DNA of 64,000 bases from Albugo candida (GCA_040437565.1 JBDOQK010000072.1:1-64000); one strand, 5' to 3'. Shown: positions 12,407 to 25,992, counted from the stretch's first letter. Numbers and translations are program-made. The notes: generated by a model from the letters alone, not told the origin.

Positions 12407-13524
12407 ATGTTTCATTTATCTCGTTCTTCCTTTTCTCGAAGCAAATTACTGTCACATTCGATCACAAGGAAGTACATCCAGGGAGTAAGTGGCACACAAA
12501 ACATAATCACCAAACAAGCCTTTTCGGGTCTGTACTTACTATGCAATCAAAGAGAGGAATACACTCAGTTTGGAGCGGTGTGCGTGCCGCATCCAAGCTC
12601 CAAGTCTTTTGCGCAATGCTGTCAGATACGATTTTATTCAAGCGGGAAACGATGGTATGAAAGTAAAGATTTGGTCTCCAAATTGAAAACTGGAGCCCTA
12701 GTCGTTCTTGGAACAGGAGCAGCGTTAGCTTCCACAACATGTAAGAAACAAAAGCCATGCCGTTTATACTTATGATATACGTATACCTTTTATTTAGTCG
12801 CGTTTGGGTTCTTTGTATTGGGAGCATTTGGCTACGGAATATATTCGCTATATCGTCAGTTCTTTGCTCGTTCAGATCGACGATCGAGAGACTTCGATCT
12901 TGATTCGTTTTTCAGCGGCACAAAAGACCCAAAGAAAGCAGGGAATCGTCAAAGTAGTTCTATTAGTCCTTTTACGGATAATATGCCGTTTTTAGTGCGT
13001 GGATTACTGAAAGGTTTATTTGGTATGGTTGGAAAGTTGGCACAAGCTTCGATGGAGAGAGCGAATGACCTTCACGATACAATCTATACTCGCATGCAGT
13101 CTGATCACCGTGTGAGGGATAGGCTTGGTGATGATTTCAGAGTCGAAGCGCCATCCGAATGGTTTGAAACAAGTACGGTGCCGAATTCTTGCATTTTTTG
13201 ACAATTACTTACTCTCTTTGTCAGATGTCAATGGTATCGGTCGTATCAAAGCGGTTTTTCTCGTACACTCACACCAAGAAAACGGTGCTGTGACAGCTAA
13301 AGCTGCTGTATCTTCAAGTGGAACTTTGACTCTGAAGGACTTAAAGTGTACGCCAAATCACACCGATAAAAAAGTTGCAATCTGATGCATGTTCTGCAGA
13401 TCAATCTCTACAAACAGGCAAAGTCATCGATTTGATGGAAGACATCGGTGAACCATACGGTCCAAACAAAAAGACTATCATTGACGCAGAATTTATCGAT
13501 CTTGAGAAAGATAAGCGCTTATAA
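12407..13524 (+). CDS. Hypothetical mitochondrial membrane protein (possible Coa1/Tim21-like domain), multi-exon
   Basis: Arg/Ser-rich presequence ending RFYSS, hydrophobic TM segments, HRVRDRLG...VNGIGRIKAVF..GAVTAKA pattern and C-terminal TIIDAEF. TAA 13522-13524. Confidence 0.6.
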
Positions 13525-13635
13525 AATACGCATAACGTCAGTCACATTCTCCCTCACCACTGAACGACGTGTCCATTCATTCCTCATTGTTTAGTACTGT
13601 CGCATTCCATAAACCCAATCGAATAGACAAAACAA

Positions 13636-14613
13636 ATGAAATCAGTATTAATCGTTGGGTCCGTAAATGCAGATCTATCAGTCCACGTCGACAGACTTCC
13701 CGCTATCGGGGAGACTATAAGCGCCACTTCGTCTACAATTACTCCAAAGCTCGGAGGTAAGGGAGCTAATCAGGCTGTAGCCGTCGCAAAATTAGCAACA
13801 CCTTCCTCCATCCAATCCAACTTTCGATGCCAATTCGGTATCGACTCAAATGCTGCCCTATTAAAGCAGCTTTTGATGGATCATAATGTCGATATCTCGA
13901 ATTCAGAAACGCAAGACTGTGATTCCGGTCAGGCCATCATTTTTAGGCTTCCGAATGGATCCAATTCCATCGTCGTTGTGGGTGGAGCGAATCAAATTTG
14001 GCCAACTCTTACATCTCCAGTCTTTGAAGAAGCTATCAAGACGGCATCGGCTATTATGCTCCAGCAAGAAATTCCCTTAGAAGTCAATCAATCGGTCGCA
14101 AAAATGGCATTCTCTCATAGTATTCCTGTTTTTTGGGATACTGGAGGCCGAGATCAAGCGATCCCACACGACCTTTTTCAGTACATAACAATCATTTGTC
14201 CTAATGAAACTGAATTAGCTCGACTCTGCGGTCTACCAGTCACAAATCCGCAAGAAGCAATGAAAGCTGCTTGGAATTTGCAAAAGAAAGGGGCGAAGGA
14301 TATCCTCGTGACATTGGGCCAGGAAGGCTCGATTTATATACCAAGTGCTTCGATCGATGAACCAGACCAAGTCACGTTTGTCTCAGCCTTGCCGGCGTCT
14401 CCTGTCTGCGATACAACTGGAGCGGGTGACACGTACAGAGGCGCTTTTGTTGTATCGTATGTATCAGGCCGAAACATCAAACATTGTATGGAATTTGCGA
14501 GTGCTGCTGCATCATTGTGCGTGCGGAAAGCTGGAGCCATGGAAAGTATCCCTACTCATAGGCAAGTGGAAACATTGTACGAAGAGTGGAAGAACGTGGC
14601 AGATCGCACGTAG
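13636..14613 (+). CDS. RBKS: Ribokinase (PfkB family)
   Basis: VGSVNADL, GGKGANQAVAVAKL, PNETE, VTLGQEG and DTTGAGDTYRGA motifs in a single-exon 325-aa ORF. Confidence 0.95.
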   Translation: MKSVLIVGSVNADLSVHVDRLPAIGETISATSSTITPKLGGKGANQAVAVAKLATPSSIQSNFRCQFGIDSNAALLKQLLMDHNVDISNSETQDCDSGQAIIFRLPNGSNSIVVVGGANQIWPTLTSPVFEEAIKTASAIMLQQEIPLEVNQSVAKMAFSHSIPVFWDTGGRDQAIPHDLFQYITIICPNETELARLCGLPVTNPQEAMKAAWNLQKKGAKDILVTLGQEGSIYIPSASIDEPDQVTFVSALPASPVCDTTGAGDTYRGAFVVSYVSGRNIKHCMEFASAAASLCVRKAGAMESIPTHRQVETLYEEWKNVADRT

Positions 14614-14727
14614 GCGATACGGACACTGTCATCGCTTCATTCTCTGTCAAATTGCATTTTCTTCGCACACGCTCAAGTTGGTCGATAGGTCGGTTGTATG
14701 TCAGATACGCTTTGAGAAGGTTCTCTT

Positions 14728-16852
14728 TCAAGACTGCAAGTTTACTTGAAGCATTCCAACATGACCTTTCCTGTCAACTACAGACTTATATTCGTATCCT
14801 TCCGATCGCAAAAACTGCTCCACAGCTGGTAGTAAACGAGCAGTATTCTGTGGTCCTTTTGAATGGTGTCCTGCGCCTGTGACAATGCGAATTAATTCAA
14901 GACCGTCTTCGGCAAGTTGTGGTAGCCAAGATTGTAAAAACGCTACAGCTTCCACAACATGAAGACCGTGGAGATCCATCAAGCGATCTCGATACACTTG
15001 CTCGTGAGGATTTCGGCTCTTGAATATCACTTCTGCTGCCATCAAATGCAGCTTTTTCATCTTCTCATTGAGATCGCGTCCTTCTCTGGACATGTAAGTC
15101 GCCATAGCTTTGTTATTACTGAAATTGGCATCGTCGTAAGTCCTTTGAGCTCCACAAAAGTGCGTGCACATACCTGCGGAAAGCTTCCGTCGCTCTCATG
15201 AAGCATTTATTTCGAGCGCATGCGAGCTGATACGCTTCCTCGCGTACTTGCTGATACTGCGCTGTCACAGCCTTTCCTGTTATCACCCGCTTGACATCAC
15301 TCATCCGCGCAAAATTCGTTGTTCTCGAAGGTTTTGTTTGATGCATTGGTGAAGGATACGCCATTGTGCCGGATCGATTTTGAGATTGATTTAATTGATC
15401 AGGATAGAGCGACACTGCACGTGCATAATCTAACGTTTCTTTCGCCTGTTGGCGATCCAAGAAATCCCCTTTCTCGAGTGGTGCTGTAGTCAGAGATGGA
15501 AACGCATCTTTGCTAAGCTCTAGTTCGGTTCGTTCGGTTTCCTCATCTTCACTTTCATAGTCTCTATGTGCATCTTTTTGGAGCTCGAGTCCATGCAACT
15601 CAACAAAATCATGAGCGAAAACGCACTCTTTGTCTTGCGTGCATAATCCTCGGAGCCAGAATCGACAAGTAACGCCATAAGTGCTGTGTAGAAACTANNN
15701 NNNNNNNNNNNNNNNNNNNNNNNNNNNNNNNNNNNNNNNNNNNNNNNNNNNNNNNNNNNNNNNNNNNNNNNNNNNNNNNNNNNNNNNNNNNNNNNNNTTT
15801 TTGGAGCTCGAGTCCATGCAACTCAACAAAATCATGAGCGAAAACGCACTCTTTGTCTTGCGTGCATAATCCTCGGAGCCAGAATCGACAAGTAACGCCA
15901 TAAGTGCTGTGTAGAAACTATGGGCAACAGACTCAGAAAAAAGAAACTATAAATAATGGAAGCAGACCATGCAGTCCGATCGATGACATCGCCCTTGTAG
16001 ATAATGACGACAGACTTGTGTTCTTCCTTCAGCTTCCTTCGTGAAGGTTGATTTCAACACCGCATGAGCCTGATCCATATTCATTCCAACAAGCCGCAAA
16101 AGCTCACTCATGCGGTTTGAATCGACTTCTGGGAATTTAAGGCTTAGTTGACTCACGAGCTGGTCATCAAAATCCTTAGTTTTCCAGAAAGTTCATGAAA
16201 TACCAGCGTTTACCTCGGATGCGATTGACCAGAAAAAAGTGTCCTCATTCTCAAAATCCAGTCGAAAATCTTCTCCAACCTCTTCCTGTACGTCTTCAGT
16301 AGATTCAGGTAAAGTCTTGGACTTCCAAATAACAGATTTTGTCAACTTTTCACAAGTACATGGATGCAACTTCCTCACCGTCTTAATTGCACCAGGAATA
16401 AATTCCAGTGCGGATGCTTTTAATTCATCGGCAAATACTAAGCCAATTTCGTCAATTCCTCTCTCAATATCGGCTATAATGCCACGAGTATGATGCCTCG
16501 ATGATTCCAAGGTACGCGAGTCTTCTCGAGTCTTCTGATCGAGAAGGAGAGGGTCCAGTGAGAAAGCTATCAAATTTGTGATGAATTCACTCAATTTTTC
16601 ATCGATAGACTGAGGTACATAAAGTCAGTCGTTTTTGATAATAAATCGAAGCCGTTGTACCTCCTCCGATGCTATCCATTCTTTAAGTATACGTGCCATC
16701 TCGTTCTGAACAGCAGTCTGCTTATCTACATCAGAATCCGCGCTAAGACCTTCAGCATCAAGAATTTCTATCAAGTAGCGTGCTAATGTCTCATCCACAC
16801 TCAGCAATTTGAGCTGATTTTCTGCCCAATGTACCAACTCTTCCTTGAACAT
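14728..16852 (-). CDS. Smr-domain protein with PAM2 motif, CUE-like domain, two CCCH zinc fingers and DUF1771, multi-exon
   Basis: LKASALEFIPG (PAM2); LSLKFPEVD..MDQAHAVL (CUE-like); CRHYLQGRCHRSDCMFLH and CRFWLRGLCTQDKECVFAH; RNKCFMRATEAF (DUF1771); MDLHGLHVVEA...IVTGAGHHS (Smr). Spans a gap with a duplicated flank. Confidence 0.85.
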
Positions 16853-16993
16853 TATGAATTAAAGCTGATTGCATGGANNNNNNNNNNNNNNNNNNNNNNN
16901 NNNNNNNNNNNNNNNNNNNNNNNNNNNNNNNNNNNNNNNNNNNNNNNNNNNNNNNNNNNNNNNNNNNNNNNNNNNNNCACTAAATAGCGTGAC

Positions 16994-19241
16994 CTATTCC
17001 ACCTCTTTGATAATTGCTTCTTCGCGCGCATTTTCGTAAGGAACTTTTCCAGGCTTTGAATGCGCACGTCTATTATCCACTTTTTTCTTCTCTCGTGCTT
17101 TCGACTCCCTTTTGGCGTCCGTCGCCTTTTTGATTGATTTCGGTAAGTGACGATGTCTACAGAGATGGATAAACGTATCAGTCGCACGAACGATACAATT
17201 CGATTGAATGGCTCAAACTGACTTTGCAATCCGATTGATTTCACGAAGATGCTGGTATCTCTCTTTCAACGAGTCATTGTACTCTTGTTTACATCGTTCC
17301 CGTGGTGTCATCTGCAGAATACGAGTTATGAGAAAGTTTTGCTGAGAAACGACACACATTGAACATACCTTTTTAAGCGATTTCGAAGCTTGTGTTTTCC
17401 AAATACGGACATTTGTGTCGTCACTTCCAGACAAAATGAAATTGGCATCGGCAGTCATTCGTATTGCAAAGACTCTGTACTCTAATCGTCACATGCTGAT
17501 TTCAAAATGGAGCTTTGGAGACTTCACCTTTGCATTCGCTTTGTGTGATAAATTTCACGGCTTTTGGCACTACGGATATTGAAAATTCGGACTGTTCGAT
17601 CGTAGGAGCCAGAAACAAACTCATGACCAGTAGGAGAGTAAGCGATGTCCATTCTAATCAGAAGAGATGATAGCTGCAAGTCCTCCGAGATGTGATATAG
17701 TAGCCATACACTGCTGAAACATGATCTTTATGAACCATGAGAGCACGCTGAAGCTTGCGGGTGTCAAAAGTGTACAAATTGTGATCTTCGTTTGCCTATA
17801 CGCGAGGATTACCACTTGAAGACTCGTAGTTTCCATTTGATAATACGTACGACTGTAAAATTGAATGGTTCCATCGGGTTCCACGCCAGTGAATTCGACC
17901 GCATCTAAGTTTGGGAATGAAGGTATTTGTGTCGGACTCAATCTGTGGGACTACATACATTCAATACGACTTTGCGAAGATTGGACGCAAGTCTGAGATC
18001 ATAAAGTGTGATGCTTCGGTCTGAGCCTGTGGATGCCAATAACGAGGTATCGGCTGGATTGAACCGCACGCACGTAATGTGATCGGCACCCCATGAAAAA
18101 GTTTGCGTTGGCTCTGATCTACATATATCTTGAGATCGAATTTTTAGAAACTCTAACTGAGGATATACCGATGGCAGTTCCATATCTGTATTTTAGAGCT
18201 GCTTGTCGCAAAAGTATCCTTCTTTGCTTGATGATCAATTCCTCTGCACAAAAAAACGAGCGTTCCATCAGCTTGCGAGCATCGATGTAATTGATTGCAA
18301 AACTCACGTAAGGTACTCTTTTGATGTGTAAACGGTTATCGGCTAGACAGAGTTTCAGCTGTATGCAGCAAAACCGACAAAAAAGATGTAAATGTACCTC
18401 GGTCTTTTCTTCATTGCCAGTAGAAGATAATGACCACAACTTGACCGTTTTGTCTTCACTACAAGAGTAAAAAGCATCTCCAGAAGGAGTTGACACTAGT
18501 CCTCGCACGGATCCACGATGACCATAGCACGACCACAAGCATTTCCGACTCGGGAGATCCCACACTCGAATTTCTCCATCACTCGCCCCACTCAAAAATG
18601 CCGACTTATCGCACACAAATAAGCTTTTATCATCGCATGCGCCAAAAGAGCAATACCAAATTTCCAGGTACAGTACTAAGCGTACTGACACCGTCAGAGT
18701 GACCGTCTAAGGCTCCAACAAACGGTTTGGCAAACATCCGATCAAGTTTCACGGCATTCAGAGCTCGCGTGTACTAAGACAACTTCGATAAGACAAAAGG
18801 ATACGGACAGAATGCACAAAGTACCTCGCGAGGTCGTTCGAATGGATGTAAAGCTGGGTCATAATTTCGAAATACTTTGAGTCTATCGGTGGCAACTTCT
18901 CGTGTGAAATCTCNNNNNNNNNNNNNNNNNNNNNNNNNNNNNNNNNNNNNNNNNNNNNNNNNNNNNNNNNNNNNNNNNNNNNNNNNNNNNNNNNNNNNNN
19001 NNNNNNNNNNNNNAACAAACGGTTTGGCAAACATCCGATCAAGTTTCACGGCATTCAGAGCTCGCGTGTACTAAGACAACTTCGATAAGACAAAAGGATA
19101 CGGACAGAATGCACAAAGTACCTCGCGAGGTCGTTCGAATGGATGTAAAGCTGGGTCATAATTTCGAAATACTTTGAGTCTATCGGTGGCAACTTCTCGT
19201 GTGAAATCTCGCTCAATTCGTGAGATCGTCTTGACTCGCAT
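16994..19241 (-). CDS. DCAF13: DDB1- and CUL4-associated factor 13 / U3 snoRNP protein Sof1, multi-exon
   Basis: MRVKTISR, RNYDPALHPFERPRE, KLDRMFAKPFV, WD40 repeats, YHTKRMQ, SGSDDTNVRIWK and HRHLPK..NRRAHSKPG. TAG at 16994-16996. Segment 18717-18913 is repeated across a gap. Confidence 0.95.
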
Positions 19242-19559
19242 CTTGCAGCAAAGCGATTCAGACCAATCAAACTGAGAATATGCATTATTTTGTCCAATCA
19301 ATGGAGAACACTGTGTTCCGAGAAGAAGTGATCAATCTTACTTTGAACGATACAAGTAGGGCTCGCACGAATCGGGTCCAGCATTGTAGAAATAGGGAAA
19401 CACTAAGAGTGAATGAGAAATTTGTAAACGACCATTGACCTCCGTAAAACGCTCTTTATTTCGAAATAGTAATCACATTTTCAAGGACGTCGATCTTACG
19501 CTTTGAAGGATGCGAATAAAATGGCACTTTTCAAAGTAGTTTGAGAACCGGGTTCTGAA

Positions 19560-20225
19560 TCACGCTTTTGATGCAGCGGTCTTTCCAGGTGTTCTATCCT
19601 TTGAGTCGACCATCATCGTCACAGGTCCATCATTGATCTGATCAAAAAATGTCACTACCCGTCTTGCTGTAAACGAGAGAAGAAAACAAACCAATGACAC
19701 TTCCATATATGCTCCAAAAATACCCTCAGCAACTTTGGCAGTATGCTTCTGTCTAAGTCTACAGCAAAATTGATCATATAGTTCCTTTGCAGGTTTTGGA
19801 GCCACTTTGTTGATCAATTCGTCAGCTCACTCGGGTTAGAAAATGTTGCCACCCCAACTTATTCACTAACTTGCTAAATGGAAGTCTGGCCTGTTGCCGC
19901 TGAAGTATCCGTGTAAAGTGAATTGACTTACGACGAGAATTTCAAATCCGTTACTCATCACGGATGTCTTCCATGCTTTGTCTTCATTGTCTGGCCATAA
20001 ACGAGCGTTCTGTTGCAATAAAAAAAAGCGAACATTGAGGAGGACCTAATATGTAATTAAACGATGTGCTCGAACCATAAGTCGCTGGCAACAATAATCG
20101 ACATCCTCCAAAGTATCATCCCGTCCAATTCCGATGAAACATAACAATCCTTTCCCGATTTCACAAACAGTTGCTCCATCCACTCGAACCGAAGAGCTGG
20201 AAACACGTTGGAGAATAAGCCGCAT
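19560..20225 (-). CDS. DTD1: D-aminoacyl-tRNA deacylase, multi-exon
   Basis: MRLILQRV, VSQFTL, GNRPDFH, GIFGAYMEVSL and INDGPVT motifs. The start is repeated at 20343 across a gap. Confidence 0.95.
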
Positions 20226-20535
20226 TCNNNNNNNNNNNNNNNNNNNNNNNNNNNNNNNNNNNNNNNNNNNNNNNNNNNNNNNNNNNNNNNNNNNNNNNNN
20301 NNNNNNNNNNNNNNNNNNNNNNNNNNNGGAGAATAAGCCGCATTCGATGAACTTTATAAACGAACTTATTGTTTCATTGCATCAAGCATGAAGAATGTTT
20401 ATGAAGAAAAGCAATTTCGAGCACATTCACTTTCGATTCTGATCGCCTGTAGGTGAACTAGTGCTTTGATACTTTTCTCTTTTACTTATAGATATCGTAG
20501 TTTTTTCTCTGATTCTGACAGTGAGCGTGATACCA

Positions 20536-21009
20536 ATGCTCTTAGCTCTGATATTGAAAGCTATCGCATTGATTTTATTCATATTATCAGCAGCAGTGAT
20601 TTCGAATCCTAGTGAGCAATCTTTCACCAAGTGGCTGAGTAAGCAGAAAAGCGATCCTTCCGAATCTTGGCTGACATCAATCATAAAAAGCGCTGTATCT
20701 CACGCCGTCAGTAAAACTCGTTCTTGGGTTGCTTATAATTTTGTCTTTTTCACCATCATGGATGTTCACTCGATGAAACGACAAGCTTTCGGAGCTTTCG
20801 GGAAATGGATATGGACTGACTCATGCCCAGTCATCGCTCAGTTTAGTGACTGGATTCTGGAAACCTCGACGGAAGGATCCCCGTATACTTACTTTATAGA
20901 TTTATGGCAAAGGATACAAAACTCATACTGTTCGTCATCATTTACAAAAGAAAACTTGGTAAAAGAAGCAATTTCGAAGGAGAATCGCTACGGTCGAAAG
21001 ATTGAATGA
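20536..21009 (+). CDS. Hypothetical protein with N-terminal transmembrane segment
   Basis: 157-aa ORF from ATG 20536. Hydrophobic N-terminus followed by SNPSEQSFTKWL and YNFVFFTI...FGAFGKW. Divergent from DTD. Confidence 0.6.
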   Translation: MLLALILKAIALILFILSAAVISNPSEQSFTKWLSKQKSDPSESWLTSIIKSAVSHAVSKTRSWVAYNFVFFTIMDVHSMKRQAFGAFGKWIWTDSCPVIAQFSDWILETSTEGSPYTYFIDLWQRIQNSYCSSSFTKENLVKEAISKENRYGRKIE

Positions 21010-24000
21010 AGGTCGTTTGCGTTATGCGTATGTAGTTGAGACAAGAGCATGATAGATCGCATCTGGACAAATTCACTCACGTATTTATAAAAGTTACTTT
21101 TTGCTTGCTAAAATCTTGAGGCGAGAACTTGGGAATGGAATGACCACAAACGAATTTGCGATGCTTTTTTTATGTGTCCTTCTCACTCACTGAAGAATTG
21201 GACTTGGTGATTGTAACGTGCACAATCAAATGAAGAATCATCTTGATTGATTGGAGCTATTGTGGGATGTTAGCCGGGGCCAAACAAAATCCAGATAGCT
21301 GTTCAGCTTTAATATTCTCGATTTCCTTGTGCGCCAACACTTTCTAATATTTGATAATCGCTTACCAACCGATAGTGCGTCTTCTTGGTACGTTCTTTGC
21401 CAGCAAGTGAATAAAGCAAGTCCTCATCTCCTCTTCCCAATCGATTCGAATCGATCGCACGCGGTCAGATTTGCTTGTATGACACTGTTGGAGCCTCCCG
21501 CTGCTATTTGCTGCTGCCCTCTTCGTACTAGTGATGTTTTGTATTCTACGGTCGATAGAACATGTCTAACGAATGGATGGATACAAAATTTATAGTGACT
21601 TGCATTCACTTTGTGAAATTGCATAGATTTCTCAAGACACCATATTGCAGATAATACATTGGAAGCAACATACGTAAAGCTAGTAAGTCGAGACAACAGC
21701 GCATCTTGTGTAATGCATGTACACTCATTTGAAATGGGAACAGTTTTTTGTGCGATGACACTGTACGAAAATTGACACATTTGGATAAGAATGCATAAGC
21801 GGGCATTGATGCTCCGATTGCGTCAGTCAGAGTAGCAGATATCGTTGGACGAGAAGCTGCAAGACAACGTGACACGACAATAACATCGCAATACACTGTA
21901 TATCGGGATTCCAAGCTGCAGATTGATTCTTCCGACTCGAAAGGAAGCGATTCCGACTAAAATGGATAACTTTACAGAGCAAATGATTGTGGCTCAAGCA
22001 ATAGCTTCCGAACGACATTGTCTATTGTGAAAGACCAGACCAGTGGACTGCAAGGAGCATAAATAGCTCTACCTAAAAATGAGCGCAGAAAACGAAATGA
22101 TAAGAAACATCTCAAAAAATCTGTATGCTCCAAGAAATCTCGCGTGTGTCGAAATAGAACAAGATAGCGCGCTCCTGAAGGTTGATAACTTTACTTTGAC
22201 GGCATTTGAAGACGTGAAGATACCCAAAGTCCCATCTTTCATCCAGTCGGATGTGTAAGTCGGTACAAGCAGAGTGAGAAATTAAAGTGATCATTAAAAT
22301 GACAATTAATATCGAAGTATTGTCTCGTCACACGAACTCGCATGCACGGCATTAGCGGCGAGCAGATTCGTATAGTACAGACAAAAAATGCAGATATGCA
22401 TTGAGTAGCTAATGAAGGTTTACCAACACAATGTCAACTCGATGATGCAACCTCACAACAGAGTCGCAAGCGAGCATATTCGCAACCGGCAGCCAAGTAT
22501 GCAGGATGGGATATGTAGTGATTTTCCGCCTTCTGAAGTCGTCACGCCAAACTCACCAAGCTTCTAAACCGCGCTGTCCTGTTTTCTCAGACTCTCTCGA
22601 GATACTGACAACATACAAATTGTCTGTAGTTGATTCTCATCGTCTTTATTCGGTGCAATCATTCTTTAAATCAGATCAATGGAGTGCAACAACTATAATC
22701 ATTTCCATATCAGTCCCGTTCTGCTTGATCTTAAAGTCATTGATTTTCAGTCGAGATCCCTCCATTTCGTTTCCAAGAATTGGAGACTTCACTTTCAGCA
22801 TAAGATCCAGCGATCTCGGCACCAATGCGAAATCCAGTGTATGTATGATTCATGATCGGTGGAGGCGATTTTACCTTTTTGTCACCGATCTGTTGAAGCC
22901 TATCGTGCATTCTCTGTGAGGAGTGCTGGCATCTAATCCTTCTACCGCCATTTTCTGACAGTTTGATTTGGTGATCGACTGATTCATCCGTGTCTACTTA
23001 TATGCCGCATGTGTAAAGGTAAATGCTTCAATGCGATTCAGGGCGACCTTCTTGAACTACTATACTCGAGTCGCCTAACGAGCGCGAACGTATCGTCAAG
23101 CGCCATTAAAGGCTCATTTCAAAGAAAAGAGTAATGCTTTATTGAGCGCTCCGTTTATGCAAAAAGGCATCCAAACGACACACATGAATGAACACTAGTG
23201 ATCGATGCGCTAATGGCCATATGTTGCATCCGATCCATCGAAAAGCAAGGCTATTTTTTGCGGGTTGAAGAAACGCACTTCAGGGATTTCACCGATTCCA
23301 TGCAACCCAAATTTGCCATACTTTCCGATCAATACGGCCCTCATTGAGATGATTTGCAATGCAACAGTGCATCTCCTTCCTGCAGGCTAATGTACATATA
23401 TCCATTGGTTTACGCATACTTCTTCATACTTCCTGTGCAAGGGTCCGATAGTCTATCCAAGCGGATGCAACATCGCGGGACCGGTTCAACTCGTTTGGAT
23501 AGAAAAATAGTATGATATGCGTCGCTCGCTTGCGCACAGTACGACGCAGCCAGGGGACACAACATTAGCAGACTACTAGCGAACATTACATTTTTTTGAG
23601 CACTATAAGACTCTGAGCCAAAGTTGGCGAGGAGAGTAAAGCATCCGACTGAGAAGTTTGGCGCGTGTGCAAAAGTTGAGTACCTCAAAGTATATATCGA
23701 GAGCAAGAGAAGCACAATGGGTTATTTGAACAAAATGAAGCATACACGATATATCCGCAAAGTAAGTAGCCTTTTCCACATCTATACAAACGAGACATAA
23801 GAATGCGAATAGAGCATGAATAAGGTTACAATCGGCTTCAATGCGATCGACGAAAAGACATCGAAACGGGAATACAGGACAAGCATATGCATGGAGAGTG
23901 ACTGAAATACATATGCGAGAATGATTACCATGTAGAAAGCTTGGATGGAGAAGACTACCAGCTCAGCGCGAACTCAGACGATATTAATGGATGTTACATC

Positions 24001-25992
24001 AAGCACGATCGAAGCATTCCCATGGATCAAGCATATCTTCTGTGTGGTATCATTCCTCAGTCAAGACACTGTAATTGTAGTTGTTCTGGCAACTTTGCAT
24101 CGGTATGCTGTACACGTTTGTTCATCAAAGCATTTCGATCATGCGTGAACTAGTATCGTCGCATTCTTTTGGGTGCCAAGCATTGGTGCAGCAAGATTGT
24201 ATTTCTTTTTCTTTCATAGAATGGGAGCTTACCTCACATCTGTCTTCACGCCAATTGACAAGTCAAAATCGAACATGCCACGTGGTTGATGGAGAAATAT
24301 CTCCCGACTCTCGATCCATTATGCATAGTACACTTTCCACAAGCTCTGGATCCGCTCTATAGGCTTACACGCTGGGTATGTCATTAAAGTCACAGTTTGT
24401 AATCAAACTCATCGCGTGGGCTACTGATCAAGTACCTCCCAACTTTGACTTAATTATGGATTGGGACACTTTCCATACCTTTTGAATGGCTTCGACAGGC
24501 TTTCAAAGTTGTCTTACAGATTGTATAGCATACCAAATGTACTGAATACGGTATTGTAGATGGAAAGTATGGGAGATAAAATCCTTCAATTTCCCATCAC
24601 GGTCAGTTAGAAAAAGCTGTATATCGATGGATATTTGCAACCTTTGCTGGAAGCACAAGTGAGCAACTTCAAATTCCTTATTGGGTTCTGTACATAGTGT
24701 GCTGTCTTCGCAACATCAAACGTGCTTTGGATCGAATGACTTATGATCGTATGCTATTTGGCTGAAAACCAGACACAACAAGTTCTCACATTTCTACAAT
24801 GCGAAAGATATATTAAAATTACGCCGTTTCTCAATTAATTCGATCAATGATGACTTATAATCATGGCAGGATTGATGAACAACACAAGAGGTGCTAGCTT
24901 AGAGTTGTTTTGGTGTCCGTCTCGTAGCGATTTGTTTGTAGCCAGAAGCAGTCGCGTATGCTTGAGAATTTATGAGAACACAATTCTGCATCAGTAGGTG
25001 ATTCTGTAGGTCGGGATGGAAGACAGTCGTCCTATGTGTACTGAGGTTGCAGCTCAATCATATCACTGACAAGGGTGAATTTTCTGAGGCGCAAGATCAA
25101 TTAAACACGGCTCCATCCAAATGCTACTTTCGAGCAAAAATAAGCTGGCTAAGGAGGTTTAGCTCTTGCACCTGCTATTGCTAATCCACAGTAAATCCGG
25201 AGTTGATTGATCAAAATGGAACAAATTACAGCTTCAAGCATTACAGCAATGTAAGTTACGTAAAGAAAGTTCATTTCAGATTCCATTCGCTCGCAATCCT
25301 TGACGCAACGATATGGCCACTTTTATTGATACAACATCTTGTGGTTCTCCATGAGAGTTGCAGAATAAAGAAATAGTGGAATTTGAGCTGTGAAGCACCG
25401 TGGATTGTGTGTTCCCGTTTGACTGGAGCAACAAGTAATTGCTACAACGGGACACAAGTGATTGGATACACTGAACTTTGAAAAGCTGGATAGATATATT
25501 CCTGGACTATCTTTTACTCGACAACGCTCAATAACACGAAGTACATTGAAATGGCTTTGTCATCCACTACCAATGCCATCACAACTCATAAAGATGACGC
25601 TTCCGCACGTCTCCAACATAAATCGCTCTGCTTCCCACCATTTTCGCGTAACCCAACTGAGTTTACAATGGAAGATTCCAAGTTTCTCTCCACCGACACG
25701 TTAGTACACCAAACATGGACATTACTCGACAAACGGACTGTAATCTCGGAAGGCTTCCAAATATACTCTATTGTGAATCAAAGTATGTGTATTCATCTTA
25801 CCATACTCAAATCCACGCTGACGACATCGTAGCACAAGAAGGAATGTATCCTTATATTCAAAGACCAAGTCGCAGAGCACCGAATTTAATACTACCAATC
25901 ATCTGACATTGTATGGTAGTCAGCCTCCCGTGACATTATCCATTATCATTCTGTTCTTATTGGCAGTAATTCAGTAGAGGTATCGTTCGATC

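Noticed and set aside
23445..23490. SLSKRMQHRGT resembling asparagine synthetase HRGPD
   Set aside because: The motif is incomplete and no other glutamine amidotransferase features lie nearby.
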